DNA of 32,000 nucleotides from Longivirga aurantiaca (lineage in GTDB: Bacteria; Actinomycetota; Actinomycetes; S36-B12; CAIYMF01). The stretch covers positions 420,001-452,000 of the forward strand of contig NZ_JBHSTI010000008.1 of assembly GCF_042660085.1 (NCBI RefSeq), read 5' to 3'. A program made the translations under genes and the position numbers. Below the pieces are notes generated by a model. It saw only the letters and a list, made by a program, of their open reading frames with translations. It was not told the DNA's origin and did not search any database. Each line of letters starts with the position of its first letter. The stretch's first letter is position 1. This document shows positions 18,911 through 26,677 of this stretch, piece after piece.

Positions 18911-19905
18911 CGTACGGGAAGCCCACGGCAGTGGTGGCGGACGACAGCCCCACCCTGCGTCGGATCGTGACCGGCGTGCTGCAGGACGCCGGCTTCGAGG
19001 TCGTCCTTGCCGAGGACGGCGTCGAGGCGGTGCAGGCGGTCTTCCGCACGATGCCCGACGTCGTGATCCTCGACGTCCAGATGCCGCGCGTGTCCGGCTA
19101 CGTGGCCGCGCGGGTGCTGAAGGACGACTGGCAGACGGCGGACCTGCCCGTGCTCTTCCTCACCTCCCTGAACGCCGCGAGCGACCGCTACTGGGGCGCT
19201 CGCGCGGGTGCCGAGCGGTTCCTCACCAAGGACTTCGAGGCGCCCGAGCTGGTCGAGGCCGTCCGTGGCGCGATCCTGACCGCGGAGCGGGCCCGGGGCG
19301 GGCGGCAGTCGATCAAGGCCGACCCGCTCGAGCTGACCGACGACGACGTGCTGGCGCGGGTCTGCGACCTGTTGGACCGCAAGCTGTTCGAGGCGTCGGT
19401 GACGCAGGACGTCACGACCATCGCGGCCGACGTGCACGGGTTCGAGGAGACCGTGGCCGCCGTGCTGTCGGCGATGGAGGCGATCGTCGACTGCGACCTC
19501 GCCGCCGTGCTGCTGCTCGACCCGCACCGCGAGGCCCCGGACGCGACGTACGTGTCGGTGGCACGTGAGGTGACCGACCAGCAGTACCTCGAGATGCTCG
19601 AGGCGATCGCCGGTGCGGCCGAGCAGGCGACCGGTGTGCCGACCGCCGCGCACGAGCTGCTGCCGATGATCGCCGACCCGCACGGCCGTCTCGGCGCCGC
19701 GGACGCGGACACCGTCGAGAACCCCGGTCTCGCGACGTTCCTGTCGATGCCGCTGCGTGCGGGCGGGCGGCTGCTCGGTGTGCTGGCCCTGTCGAGCTCG
19801 TCGCCGAACGCCTTCGGGGAGTCGGCGCTCACCACGCTGCGCCTCGTCGCGCCGCCTGCGGCCGTCGTGATCGACCACGCCCGCCTGTCCGGCGTACGGG
19901 TCTAG
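18907..19905 (+). CDS. Response regulator with REC and C-terminal GAF-like domain, no recognisable output enzyme or DNA-binding domain
   Basis: REC region with phosphoacceptor PDVVILDVQMPRVSG and LFLTSLN...FLTKDF, followed by a GAF-like region ending LSMPLRAGGRLLGVLALSSSSPNAFGESALTTLRLVAPPAAVVIDHARL. Confidence 0.85.
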   Translation: MTYGKPTAVVADDSPTLRRIVTGVLQDAGFEVVLAEDGVEAVQAVFRTMPDVVILDVQMPRVSGYVAARVLKDDWQTADLPVLFLTSLNAASDRYWGARAGAERFLTKDFEAPELVEAVRGAILTAERARGGRQSIKADPLELTDDDVLARVCDLLDRKLFEASVTQDVTTIAADVHGFEETVAAVLSAMEAIVDCDLAAVLLLDPHREAPDATYVSVAREVTDQQYLEMLEAIAGAAEQATGVPTAAHELLPMIADPHGRLGAADADTVENPGLATFLSMPLRAGGRLLGVLALSSSSPNAFGESALTTLRLVAPPAAVVIDHARLSGVRV

Positions 19906-19953
19906 TCCGCCTCCCGCCGGGCTTCGACCCGCCCACAGGGTTAGGGTCGCCTT

Positions 19954-20481
19954 ATGGGCGCTGCGGAGATCGGGATGGGAGCCGTCCGCGCGGCGGAGTT
20001 CCGCACGGTCATGAGCCGGTTCGCCACCGGTGTCACCGTGGTGACCTGCGTGCAGGAGGGGTTCGACCACGCGATGACGGCGAACGCGTTCGCCTCGGTG
20101 TCGCTCGACCCCGCGCTCGTGCTGGTCTGCGTGGAGGACGACTCCCGGTTCCACGAGGCCGTGCTCCATGCCGGGGCGTGGAACGTGAACGTGCTCGAGG
20201 AGGGCCAGCGCGGGCGCGCCTCCTGGTTCGCCACCAGCGGCCGGCCCCTCGTGGGGCAGTTCGACACGACCCCCACCCGGCGCTCCGCCGAGACGGGTGC
20301 GCTGCTCCTCGACGGCTGCCTCGCCACGCTCGAGTGCGTGACCGAGTCGGTGCACCGTGCCGGCGACCACGACATCCTCATCGGCCGAGTGCTGGGCATG
20401 GAGCTCGCCCGGCCCGAGGGGCGGCCGCTGCTCTACTTCGCGAGCTCCTACGGCACGCTCGGTGATCCCGCCGCGCGATGA
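19954..20481 (+). CDS. Flavin reductase-like FMN-binding split-barrel protein
   Basis: FRTVMSRFATGVTVVT..., AMTANAFASVSLDPALVLVCVEDDSRFHEAV, GDHDILIGRVLGME. Confidence 0.88.
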   Translation: MGAAEIGMGAVRAAEFRTVMSRFATGVTVVTCVQEGFDHAMTANAFASVSLDPALVLVCVEDDSRFHEAVLHAGAWNVNVLEEGQRGRASWFATSGRPLVGQFDTTPTRRSAETGALLLDGCLATLECVTESVHRAGDHDILIGRVLGMELARPEGRPLLYFASSYGTLGDPAAR

Positions 20482-20715
20482 GGCCTCCCGAGGCGCTCGT
20501 CCGCGTGCGCAGGGTGACGACCCGGTGACTCCGTACCGCAGTCCGGACGGAACCGTCCCGCTGGGCGGCGCGTCGCACGTAACGGACGACCGAGCACACC
20601 CTCCGAGCCTTTACCCTGGTACCACCCCGTCGCGTCCCCCGCGACCCTCCCGGACGCCGCGGTCCGCGGCTCGGTCGAGGTCGGGACGACGACGCCGACC
20701 CTCCTGGACTCACCT

Positions 20716-22548
20716 GTGACTGCCACGCCCGACACCACCTCGCCCGACCAGACCGCGCCGGACCCTGCGTCCCGCGGCTGGCAGCGACCCCTGTTGTGGG
20801 TGGGTATCGCGGTGCTGCTGCTCGGGGCGTTCTACGCCGCCCTGGTCGCCTCCAGCGGCGACGGCCTGCCCCGTGGGGCGAAGGTCCTCGGTGTGGACGT
20901 CGGCGGCCTCTCCGAGGCCGAGGCGGCCGCGAAGCTCGACGCCGAGCTCGGGCCGGCGGCGACCGACCCCGTCAACGCCACCATCGGCGAGGACTCGGTC
21001 AGCATCGTGCCCGCGGACGCCGGCCTCAGCTTCGACGCCGAGGCCACGGTCGACGGCTACGCCGGCCGTATCTGGAACCCCGTCACGCTGATCCTGCAGT
21101 TCACCGGCGGCCCGACGCTGGCGCCGGTCATCGGTGTCGACCAGGCCGCGCTCGAGGCCACGGTGAAGCAGCTCGCGATCGACAGCGACACCGCGCCGGT
21201 CGAGCCGAGCATCGAGGTGCGCGGGTCCGACGCCGTCCTCATCAACGGCATCAACGGCCGTGCGATGGACCAGCCGGCGGCCGTCCAGGCGCTGGCATCG
21301 GCGTACCTCGTGTCGACCCAGACCGTCGACCTCCCCGAGATCGAGACCACCCCGTCGGTGCCCCAGGACAAGGCCGACGCGGCGCTGGTCGTCGCGAAGG
21401 CTGCGATCTCCGGGCCCGTGACCGTGAAGGCCGGCAAGGTGACGGCGGACATCCCCGCCGAGGCGATCGGCCGCGCCCTCGCATTCACCCCGGAGAACGG
21501 CGAGCTGGTCGGCTCGCTCGACGGCGCGATCCTGCGCACCTCGATCGAGGACGACCTCGCGCCGGTCGAGAAGCCCGGCCGTGACGCCACCTGGGATGTC
21601 TCGAGCGGCAAGCCCGTCATCGTGCCGTCCAAGGTCGGCAGGGGCATCAACCCGGACGACCTCGCGGTCGCGGTCGCCGGTGTCATGGGCCAGACCTCCG
21701 CCGCAGCCCGCGTCGTGACGCCGGAGCTCGGGACGATCCAGCCGAAGCTCACCACCGAGCAGGCCGAGAAGCTCGGTGTGGTGGAGAAGCTGGGCTCGTT
21801 CACGCAGAACTTCCCGTACGCCGCCTACCGCGTGCAGAACATCGGCACCGCCGCCCGTTACATCAACGGGACCCTGCTCAAGCCCGGCGAGGTGTTCTCC
21901 CTGAACAAGATCATCAAGGAGCGCACGGTCGCCAACGGCTACACCAAGGGCTTCGTGATCGGCCCGGGCGGCGTGTTCAAGGAGGACCAGGGCGGCGGCG
22001 TCTCGGCGTCGGCCACCACGGCCTGGTCCGCGGCGTTCTACTCCGGTCTCGAGCGCGTCTACACCCAGGCGCACTCGATCTGGATCCCGCGCTACCGCGC
22101 GGGCCTCGAGGCCACGGTGGCCTGGGGCGCGTTCGATATGAAGTTCAGGAACGACACCAAGAACGGCGTCTTCATCACGACCGTGATGACGAACACCTCG
22201 ATGACCATGACCCTCTGGGGCACCAAGGTCTACGACGACATCCGGGCCGTCTCGAGCGCGAAGCGCAACACCGTGCCGTTCGACACGCTGTACGACCCGT
22301 CGCCGACCTGCAACGCGCAGGGCGGCCAGGTCGGCTTCACGATCGACGTGTTCCGGGTCTTCATCAAGGACGGCAAGGAGGTCAAGCGGGAGAAGATCAC
22401 CACCCGCTACCGCCCCTCGCCGACGGTCATCTGCGGCACCGACCCCAAGGACGAGCCGACCCCGTCGCCCTCGCCCTCGGGATCGAGCACGAAGTCCCCC
22501 TCGCCCAAGCCGTCGTCCACCAAGTCCCCGTCGCCGTCAGCGACCTGA
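20716..22548 (+). CDS. VanW family protein (YoaR-like, with VanW-associated N-terminal repeats) and Ser/Pro/Thr/Lys-rich tail
   Basis: Single N-terminal TM, VLGVDVGGLSEAEAAAKLDAEL, FPYAAYRVQNIGTAARYINGTLLKPGEVFSLN, GGGVSASATTAWSAAFYSGLE, IPRYRAGLEATVAWGAFDMKFRND. Confidence 0.88.
   Translation: MTATPDTTSPDQTAPDPASRGWQRPLLWVGIAVLLLGAFYAALVASSGDGLPRGAKVLGVDVGGLSEAEAAAKLDAELGPAATDPVNATIGEDSVSIVPADAGLSFDAEATVDGYAGRIWNPVTLILQFTGGPTLAPVIGVDQAALEATVKQLAIDSDTAPVEPSIEVRGSDAVLINGINGRAMDQPAAVQALASAYLVSTQTVDLPEIETTPSVPQDKADAALVVAKAAISGPVTVKAGKVTADIPAEAIGRALAFTPENGELVGSLDGAILRTSIEDDLAPVEKPGRDATWDVSSGKPVIVPSKVGRGINPDDLAVAVAGVMGQTSAAARVVTPELGTIQPKLTTEQAEKLGVVEKLGSFTQNFPYAAYRVQNIGTAARYINGTLLKPGEVFSLNKIIKERTVANGYTKGFVIGPGGVFKEDQGGGVSASATTAWSAAFYSGLERVYTQAHSIWIPRYRAGLEATVAWGAFDMKFRNDTKNGVFITTVMTNTSMTMTLWGTKVYDDIRAVSSAKRNTVPFDTLYDPSPTCNAQGGQVGFTIDVFRVFIKDGKEVKREKITTRYRPSPTVICGTDPKDEPTPSPSPSGSSTKSPSPKPSSTKSPSPSAT
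22470..22545 (+). repeat. Low-complexity coding tail (TPSPSPSGSSTKSPSPKPSSTKSPSPS)
   Basis: Repeated KSPSP-type units in the DNA and protein at the 3' end of the VanW-family gene. Confidence 0.75.
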
Positions 22549-22757
22549 CGCCGCACCGCCCCTCCTCCGGGTGAGCGGGCTCCTGAGCGTCCCAGCGTCG
22601 CGCGCGCCTCGGAGGTGCCGACGTCGCGCGCTCAACGGTGACGCCAGGTATGCGCTCGCAGGCTCTTGCGTCATTGTCGTGCGCGGAGCGTGACCGTCCA
22701 GGAGACTGCGCAGACGGCTCGTGGGGGGATCCCCGGCCCCGTACACCGGAGGACTAC

Positions 22758-24770
22758 GTGCCGCTCGCCTTCTCGCCGTCCTGGGACGGTTCGTTCGCAC
22801 GACGCACCGGCGCCGTTGCTGCTGCCGGCCTGGCGCTCGCCACCCTGCCCGTGCTGGGAGCGGATGCCGCCACCGTGAACGAAGGCAGCCGCGATACGTC
22901 CTTCAGCAGCGACGCTGTGGCGGAGATCCCGCGGAGCTCGATCTCGTCCGCCGAGTTCGGCTCCGATGTGGACGTGCAGGCGGACGGTCGGGCGGTGGTG
23001 GTGGGGTCGGCGAGCACCACCAGCGGCCAGCGCGGCGTGGTGTACCGGCTGACGACCTCGGGCGCTCGCGACACGACGTTCTCCGGCGACGGGCGACTGC
23101 TCGTGTCGGCCGCTGGCGCGGCCCTCAACCTGACGGCCGTCGCGGTGATGGCTGATGGACGGATCGTCGTCGCGGGTCAGACGGTCGACGCCGACTCGGC
23201 GTTCGTGGTCGTGCGGTTGACCACCGACGGGGGGCTCGACAAGACGTTCGACACCGATGGCGTGGCCATCTTCAACCCGACGGCCCCAGGATCGGACGCG
23301 CCGATCGGTGTGGCGGTGCGTGCCGACGGGAGGGTGCTCGTCGCTGGCCGGACCCCGACCGGCGCGATCCTCGTGCGGTTCTCGAGCGCGGGCGTGCTCG
23401 ACACCGGCTTCGCCAACGGGTTCACCTACGAGACCGTCACCAACCTCACCAACCCGCTCGGGATGACGGTCGACCCCTCGGGGCGCGCCGTGATCGTGGG
23501 CTCCGTCGGCACCCCCGCGGCCAACCAGGACGCGTCGATCGCTCGGTTCACCGCCGAGGGCGTGCTCGACACCACCTTCGACGTCGACGGCACCAGGGTC
23601 CTCGTCGCGTCCGTCGGTGCCGCCGACTCACTGTTCGGTGTGGGCATCGATCCGTTCGGCCGGATCGTCGCGGGTGGACGGGCCAGCATCGGAGGCGTGC
23701 GGCGCGTGCTGGGCGTGCGCCTCCTGGACTCGGGGGCCAACGACCCGTCCTGGGCAGGCGGCGCATTCGCCACGCCGGAGCTGCCTGTCGGCGCGGGCGC
23801 GCCTCCCATTGACGCGTTGGTCCAGTCCGTCGCCCTGACGCGCGACGGGCGGCCGCTGCTCTCGATCGAGGACGGCGGCCTCCGCGCGCTCGTCGTCCGC
23901 TTGACGTCCGCAGGCGCCCTCGACACGACCTTCGGGCAGACCGGTACAGACGGTCTCGCGTCCGCCTCCTTCCCGAACCCCGGGGGAGGCGTCCAGCCGC
24001 TGCTGGTCGAGGGGATGGATGTCGGGCGCGACGGTCGGATCACCGTCGCAGGAACGATCGACTACGCGGGGGCGGCAGGCACGCGGATGATGGCGGCCCG
24101 TCTGCTGGGTGACCGCACGCCGCCGTCCGCGGCGGCCATGGTGGCCGTGCCGACCATCAGCGTGCTGGGCACGCGGACCATCGGCTGGACCGCAGGTGAC
24201 GACAACACCGGCGTGGCGTCGTACGACGTGCTCTACAGCGCGGCCACGGCGACGTCGGGTTCATTCGGTGCGCTCACCACCTGGAAGTCGCGGACGCCGT
24301 CGAAGACGGGCTCGTTCACCGGCGCGCCGGGGGTCACTTATTGCTTCAGGGCACGCGCGTACGACCGCGCAGCCAACGAGGGCGCCGCAGGTGGTCGCAG
24401 CTGCTTGGCGTTCCCGGTCGACGACCGCGCACTGACGCGTAGCGGCTCGTGGTCCGCCAGCACCAGCAGCGCCGACTACCGCGGCACCACCCTGCGCTCC
24501 ACGACGCTCGGCTCGTCGCTCAGCCTCGCGGGGGCCGACTACCGCCGCCTGGCCCTGGTGGCCACCACCTGCGCCGCGTGTGGCTCGGTGAAGGTCTACC
24601 GCGGGAGCACGCTGCTCACGACGATCTCGTTGGTCTCGGCCACGACCAAGCACCGCGTGGTCATCCCCATCTCGGGCTCCTCGACGATCCGCTCGGGGAC
24701 GATCACGGTGCGCCAGGCGTCGAGCGGCAAGGCCGTCATCATCGACGGACTCGTCGTCGCACTCCTCTGA
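22758..24770 (+). CDS. Secreted Delta-60 repeat protein with fibronectin-III-like domain and C-terminal beta-rich region
   Basis: CGGAGGA RBS before GTG 22758, then a signal peptide (AAAGLALATLPVLGADA). About seven repeats of the form [LA]DxTFxxDG...AVxxDGRxxVAG...xxxRLTxxGxL follow. The upstream in-frame start at 22638 is unlikely. Confidence 0.85.
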   Translation: MPLAFSPSWDGSFARRTGAVAAAGLALATLPVLGADAATVNEGSRDTSFSSDAVAEIPRSSISSAEFGSDVDVQADGRAVVVGSASTTSGQRGVVYRLTTSGARDTTFSGDGRLLVSAAGAALNLTAVAVMADGRIVVAGQTVDADSAFVVVRLTTDGGLDKTFDTDGVAIFNPTAPGSDAPIGVAVRADGRVLVAGRTPTGAILVRFSSAGVLDTGFANGFTYETVTNLTNPLGMTVDPSGRAVIVGSVGTPAANQDASIARFTAEGVLDTTFDVDGTRVLVASVGAADSLFGVGIDPFGRIVAGGRASIGGVRRVLGVRLLDSGANDPSWAGGAFATPELPVGAGAPPIDALVQSVALTRDGRPLLSIEDGGLRALVVRLTSAGALDTTFGQTGTDGLASASFPNPGGGVQPLLVEGMDVGRDGRITVAGTIDYAGAAGTRMMAARLLGDRTPPSAAAMVAVPTISVLGTRTIGWTAGDDNTGVASYDVLYSAATATSGSFGALTTWKSRTPSKTGSFTGAPGVTYCFRARAYDRAANEGAAGGRSCLAFPVDDRALTRSGSWSASTSSADYRGTTLRSTTLGSSLSLAGADYRRLALVATTCAACGSVKVYRGSTLLTTISLVSATTKHRVVIPISGSSTIRSGTITVRQASSGKAVIIDGLVVALL

Positions 24771-24773
24771 GCC

Positions 24774-24792
24774 GGCTGCCGCTCGGGCGGCC
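24774..24792. terminator. Hairpin in the convergent intergenic region
   Basis: GGCTGCC GCTCG GGCGGCC, 7-bp stem with one wobble, 3 bp after the stop codon. Confidence 0.5.
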
Positions 24793-24840
24793 ATCGCAGG
24801 CCGGTCGGTGCCGCGCCTCCTTGCCCAGCGGGGCCCATGA

Positions 24841-25617
24841 CTACGTCAGGGTGGCGTGGAAGCGCAGGCGGACGTAGTCGGCGGACCAGCCGTCCGGGGT
24901 GAGCAGGCCGAGCGTGCGGGCGTGGCCGTCGACGGCTGCCTCGAACTCGGCCCGGCGCTCGGCAGGGACGTCCTGCACGAGGCGTGCGCCGAACATCGCG
25001 GCCCAGCCGGCCGTGGTGACGCCGTCGGCGAGCGGTGTCGGTCGGTCGATCAGCGCGATGCTGCGCACGGTGAAGCCGTGGCGCTCGAGGCGCGCGGCCT
25101 GGTCGCCGGGCGAGGGGAAGGTCCAGCTGCTCGGCAGGTCCGGATCGAGGCCGACCGCGGCGCGCCCGGCGCGGATCGCCTCGGTCGTGCGCGCGACGTT
25201 CCTGAGGCCGCCCATCTCGACCGCGAGCCGCCCGCCGGGGCGCAGCACCTGCGCGATGCCGTCGATGACGTCGTCCTGGCGCGGCATCCAGTGCAGCGCC
25301 GCGTTCGACAGCACCGCGTCGAACGCCCCGCCCGAGGCCGCACGCAGCGCGTCGGAGTCCTGGGCGTCGACCTGCGCGAACCGCACCTCGGGATGCTCGG
25401 CCCGGGCGATCTCGAGCATCGCGGCGTCGCTGTCGACGCCCACCACGTCCGCTCCGAGGGCCGCGAGGGCCGCGGCCTGATGCCCTGTGCCGCACCCGAT
25501 GTCGAGGATCCGCTCACCGGGCTGCGCGGCGAGGACGTCGAGGAGCACGTCGCCGTACGCCGTCACGAACGAGAAGTCGGAGTCGTACGCCGTCGCGTCC
25601 CACTGCTGCGCTGCCAT
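24841..25617 (-). CDS. Class I SAM-dependent methyltransferase
   Basis: GERILDIGCGTGHQAAALAALGADVVGVD, FDAVLSNAALHWMP, QVLRPGGRLAVEMGG. Resembles trans-aconitate-methyltransferase-like proteins, but the substrate is not inferable. Confidence 0.88.
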   Translation of the reverse strand: MAAQQWDATAYDSDFSFVTAYGDVLLDVLAAQPGERILDIGCGTGHQAAALAALGADVVGVDSDAAMLEIARAEHPEVRFAQVDAQDSDALRAASGGAFDAVLSNAALHWMPRQDDVIDGIAQVLRPGGRLAVEMGGLRNVARTTEAIRAGRAAVGLDPDLPSSWTFPSPGDQAARLERHGFTVRSIALIDRPTPLADGVTTAGWAAMFGARLVQDVPAERRAEFEAAVDGHARTLGLLTPDGWSADYVRLRFHATLT

Positions 25618-25707
25618 GGAGCGATCCTGGCGCAGCGTCCGTCATTCGGGACAGATCGTTTCGAATGCTGAGACGAATCGGGACGCGACCCGGCGTCGGA
25701 TGCCGCC

Positions 25708-26541
25708 TCAGTTGAGGCGGGCGCGGGCCTGGCGGGCGACGCGTCGGGCGTGCTCGGCCTCGAGCGGCATCGGGCCCTCGACGGTCTCGGCGTAGTCCTC
25801 GAGGACGCGCGACGCCTCGGCGTACCGGCCGACGCTGATGAGCGCCTCGCCGTGCTCGCGGCGCAGACCGAGGTCGTGGCGGGGGAGCAGCAGCGCGAGC
25901 TCGACCGCCCACAGCCGGTGCCAGGCGCGCTCGGGCGTGGTCGCCCAGGCGCGGATGTTGGTGAGGACACGGTCGAGGGTGTCGATGGGGTCGTGGGGCC
26001 GCAGGTGCTCGGGCTTCAGCGACCGGCCGGTGCGCTCGGCGATCGACCGCGCGGTGTCGTACGGCAGGAGCCGCCCGCCGGCGAACGGGTCGACGAGCAC
26101 GCGGTTGCCGTCGGGGTCGCCGACGCCGACGACGAAGTGGCCGGGGAGCCCCACGCCGTACGCCGGGACGTCGACCCGACGGGCGACCTCGGTCCAGACG
26201 CTCGACAGCAGGATCGGCAGCCCGCGCCGGTGCCGCAGCACGTCGGTGAGCAGGCTCGACTCGAGCCGCGCGTAGTCGGCCGACTCGCCGGAGAAGCCTC
26301 CGAGGGCCGCGCGCAGGCGCTGGTCGTCACGGCCGTCGTCGGGCACGCTCTCGGCGAGCGAGTCGAGATCGGCGACGCCGTGGGCCAGCAGCGCCTCGAG
26401 CGTCTCGCCGGACACGTCGTCGGGCAGCGCCTCGGCCGAGATGAGCAGCAGCGCCAGGTCGAGGCGCACGTCGGCCGGGTCACCCGCAGCACCGCCGAGC
26501 CGGACGACGTCGGCGAAGCGCTCGCGCGAGGCAGCACTCAT
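25708..26541 (-). CDS. SirB1/transglutaminase-like protein with TPR-like tail
   Basis: LLTDVLRHRRGLPILLSSVWTEVARRVDVPAYGVGLPGHFVVGV...VLVDPFAGGRLL; C-terminal LRREHGEALISVGRYAEASRVLEDY. ATG 26541 (MSAASRER) is a likely start. Confidence 0.82.
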   Translation of the reverse strand: MSAASRERFADVVRLGGAAGDPADVRLDLALLLISAEALPDDVSGETLEALLAHGVADLDSLAESVPDDGRDDQRLRAALGGFSGESADYARLESSLLTDVLRHRRGLPILLSSVWTEVARRVDVPAYGVGLPGHFVVGVGDPDGNRVLVDPFAGGRLLPYDTARSIAERTGRSLKPEHLRPHDPIDTLDRVLTNIRAWATTPERAWHRLWAVELALLLPRHDLGLRREHGEALISVGRYAEASRVLEDYAETVEGPMPLEAEHARRVARQARARLN

Positions 26542-26610
26542 GTGCCGATCGTGACCCACGCCGCCCGGATCGGCACGTCACGGCCCCCGGCGTGTCCCAC
26601 CCCGCACGCC

Positions 26611-26665
26611 GAGACTGATCGATCCGTTGCTTCCGGGCCCGAGAAACGACGGATCGATCAGTCTC
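26611..26665. repeat. Perfect 17-bp inverted repeat, 21-nt spacer
   Basis: GAGACTGATCGATCCGT (26611-26627) and ACGGATCGATCAGTCTC (26649-26665). Confidence 0.9.
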
Positions 26666-26677
26666 AGCGGAGGGGCG

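Noticed and set aside
16581-19049. 822-aa - strand ORF opposite cheA
   Set aside because: Antisense shadow of cheA, no recognisable domains.
22595-22632. Direct repeat GTCGCGCGC ... GTCGCGCGC after the VanW-family gene
   Set aside because: Short and self-palindromic. Chance occurrence is plausible in sequence of this composition; at most a weak terminator.
22591-22757. Possible riboswitch (c-di-GMP or c-di-AMP type) upstream of the Delta-60 protein
   Set aside because: I looked for known conserved cores and saw none that I could defend. There is only GC-rich hairpin potential (GCGCGCG...CGCGCGC) and a GGGGGGATCCCC stretch.
25640-25690. Small repeats CATTCGGGAC / GAATCGGGAC and CATTCG...CGAATG upstream of the methyltransferase
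   Set aside because: Very short imperfect arms, consistent with an ordinary promoter region. Not enough to claim an element.
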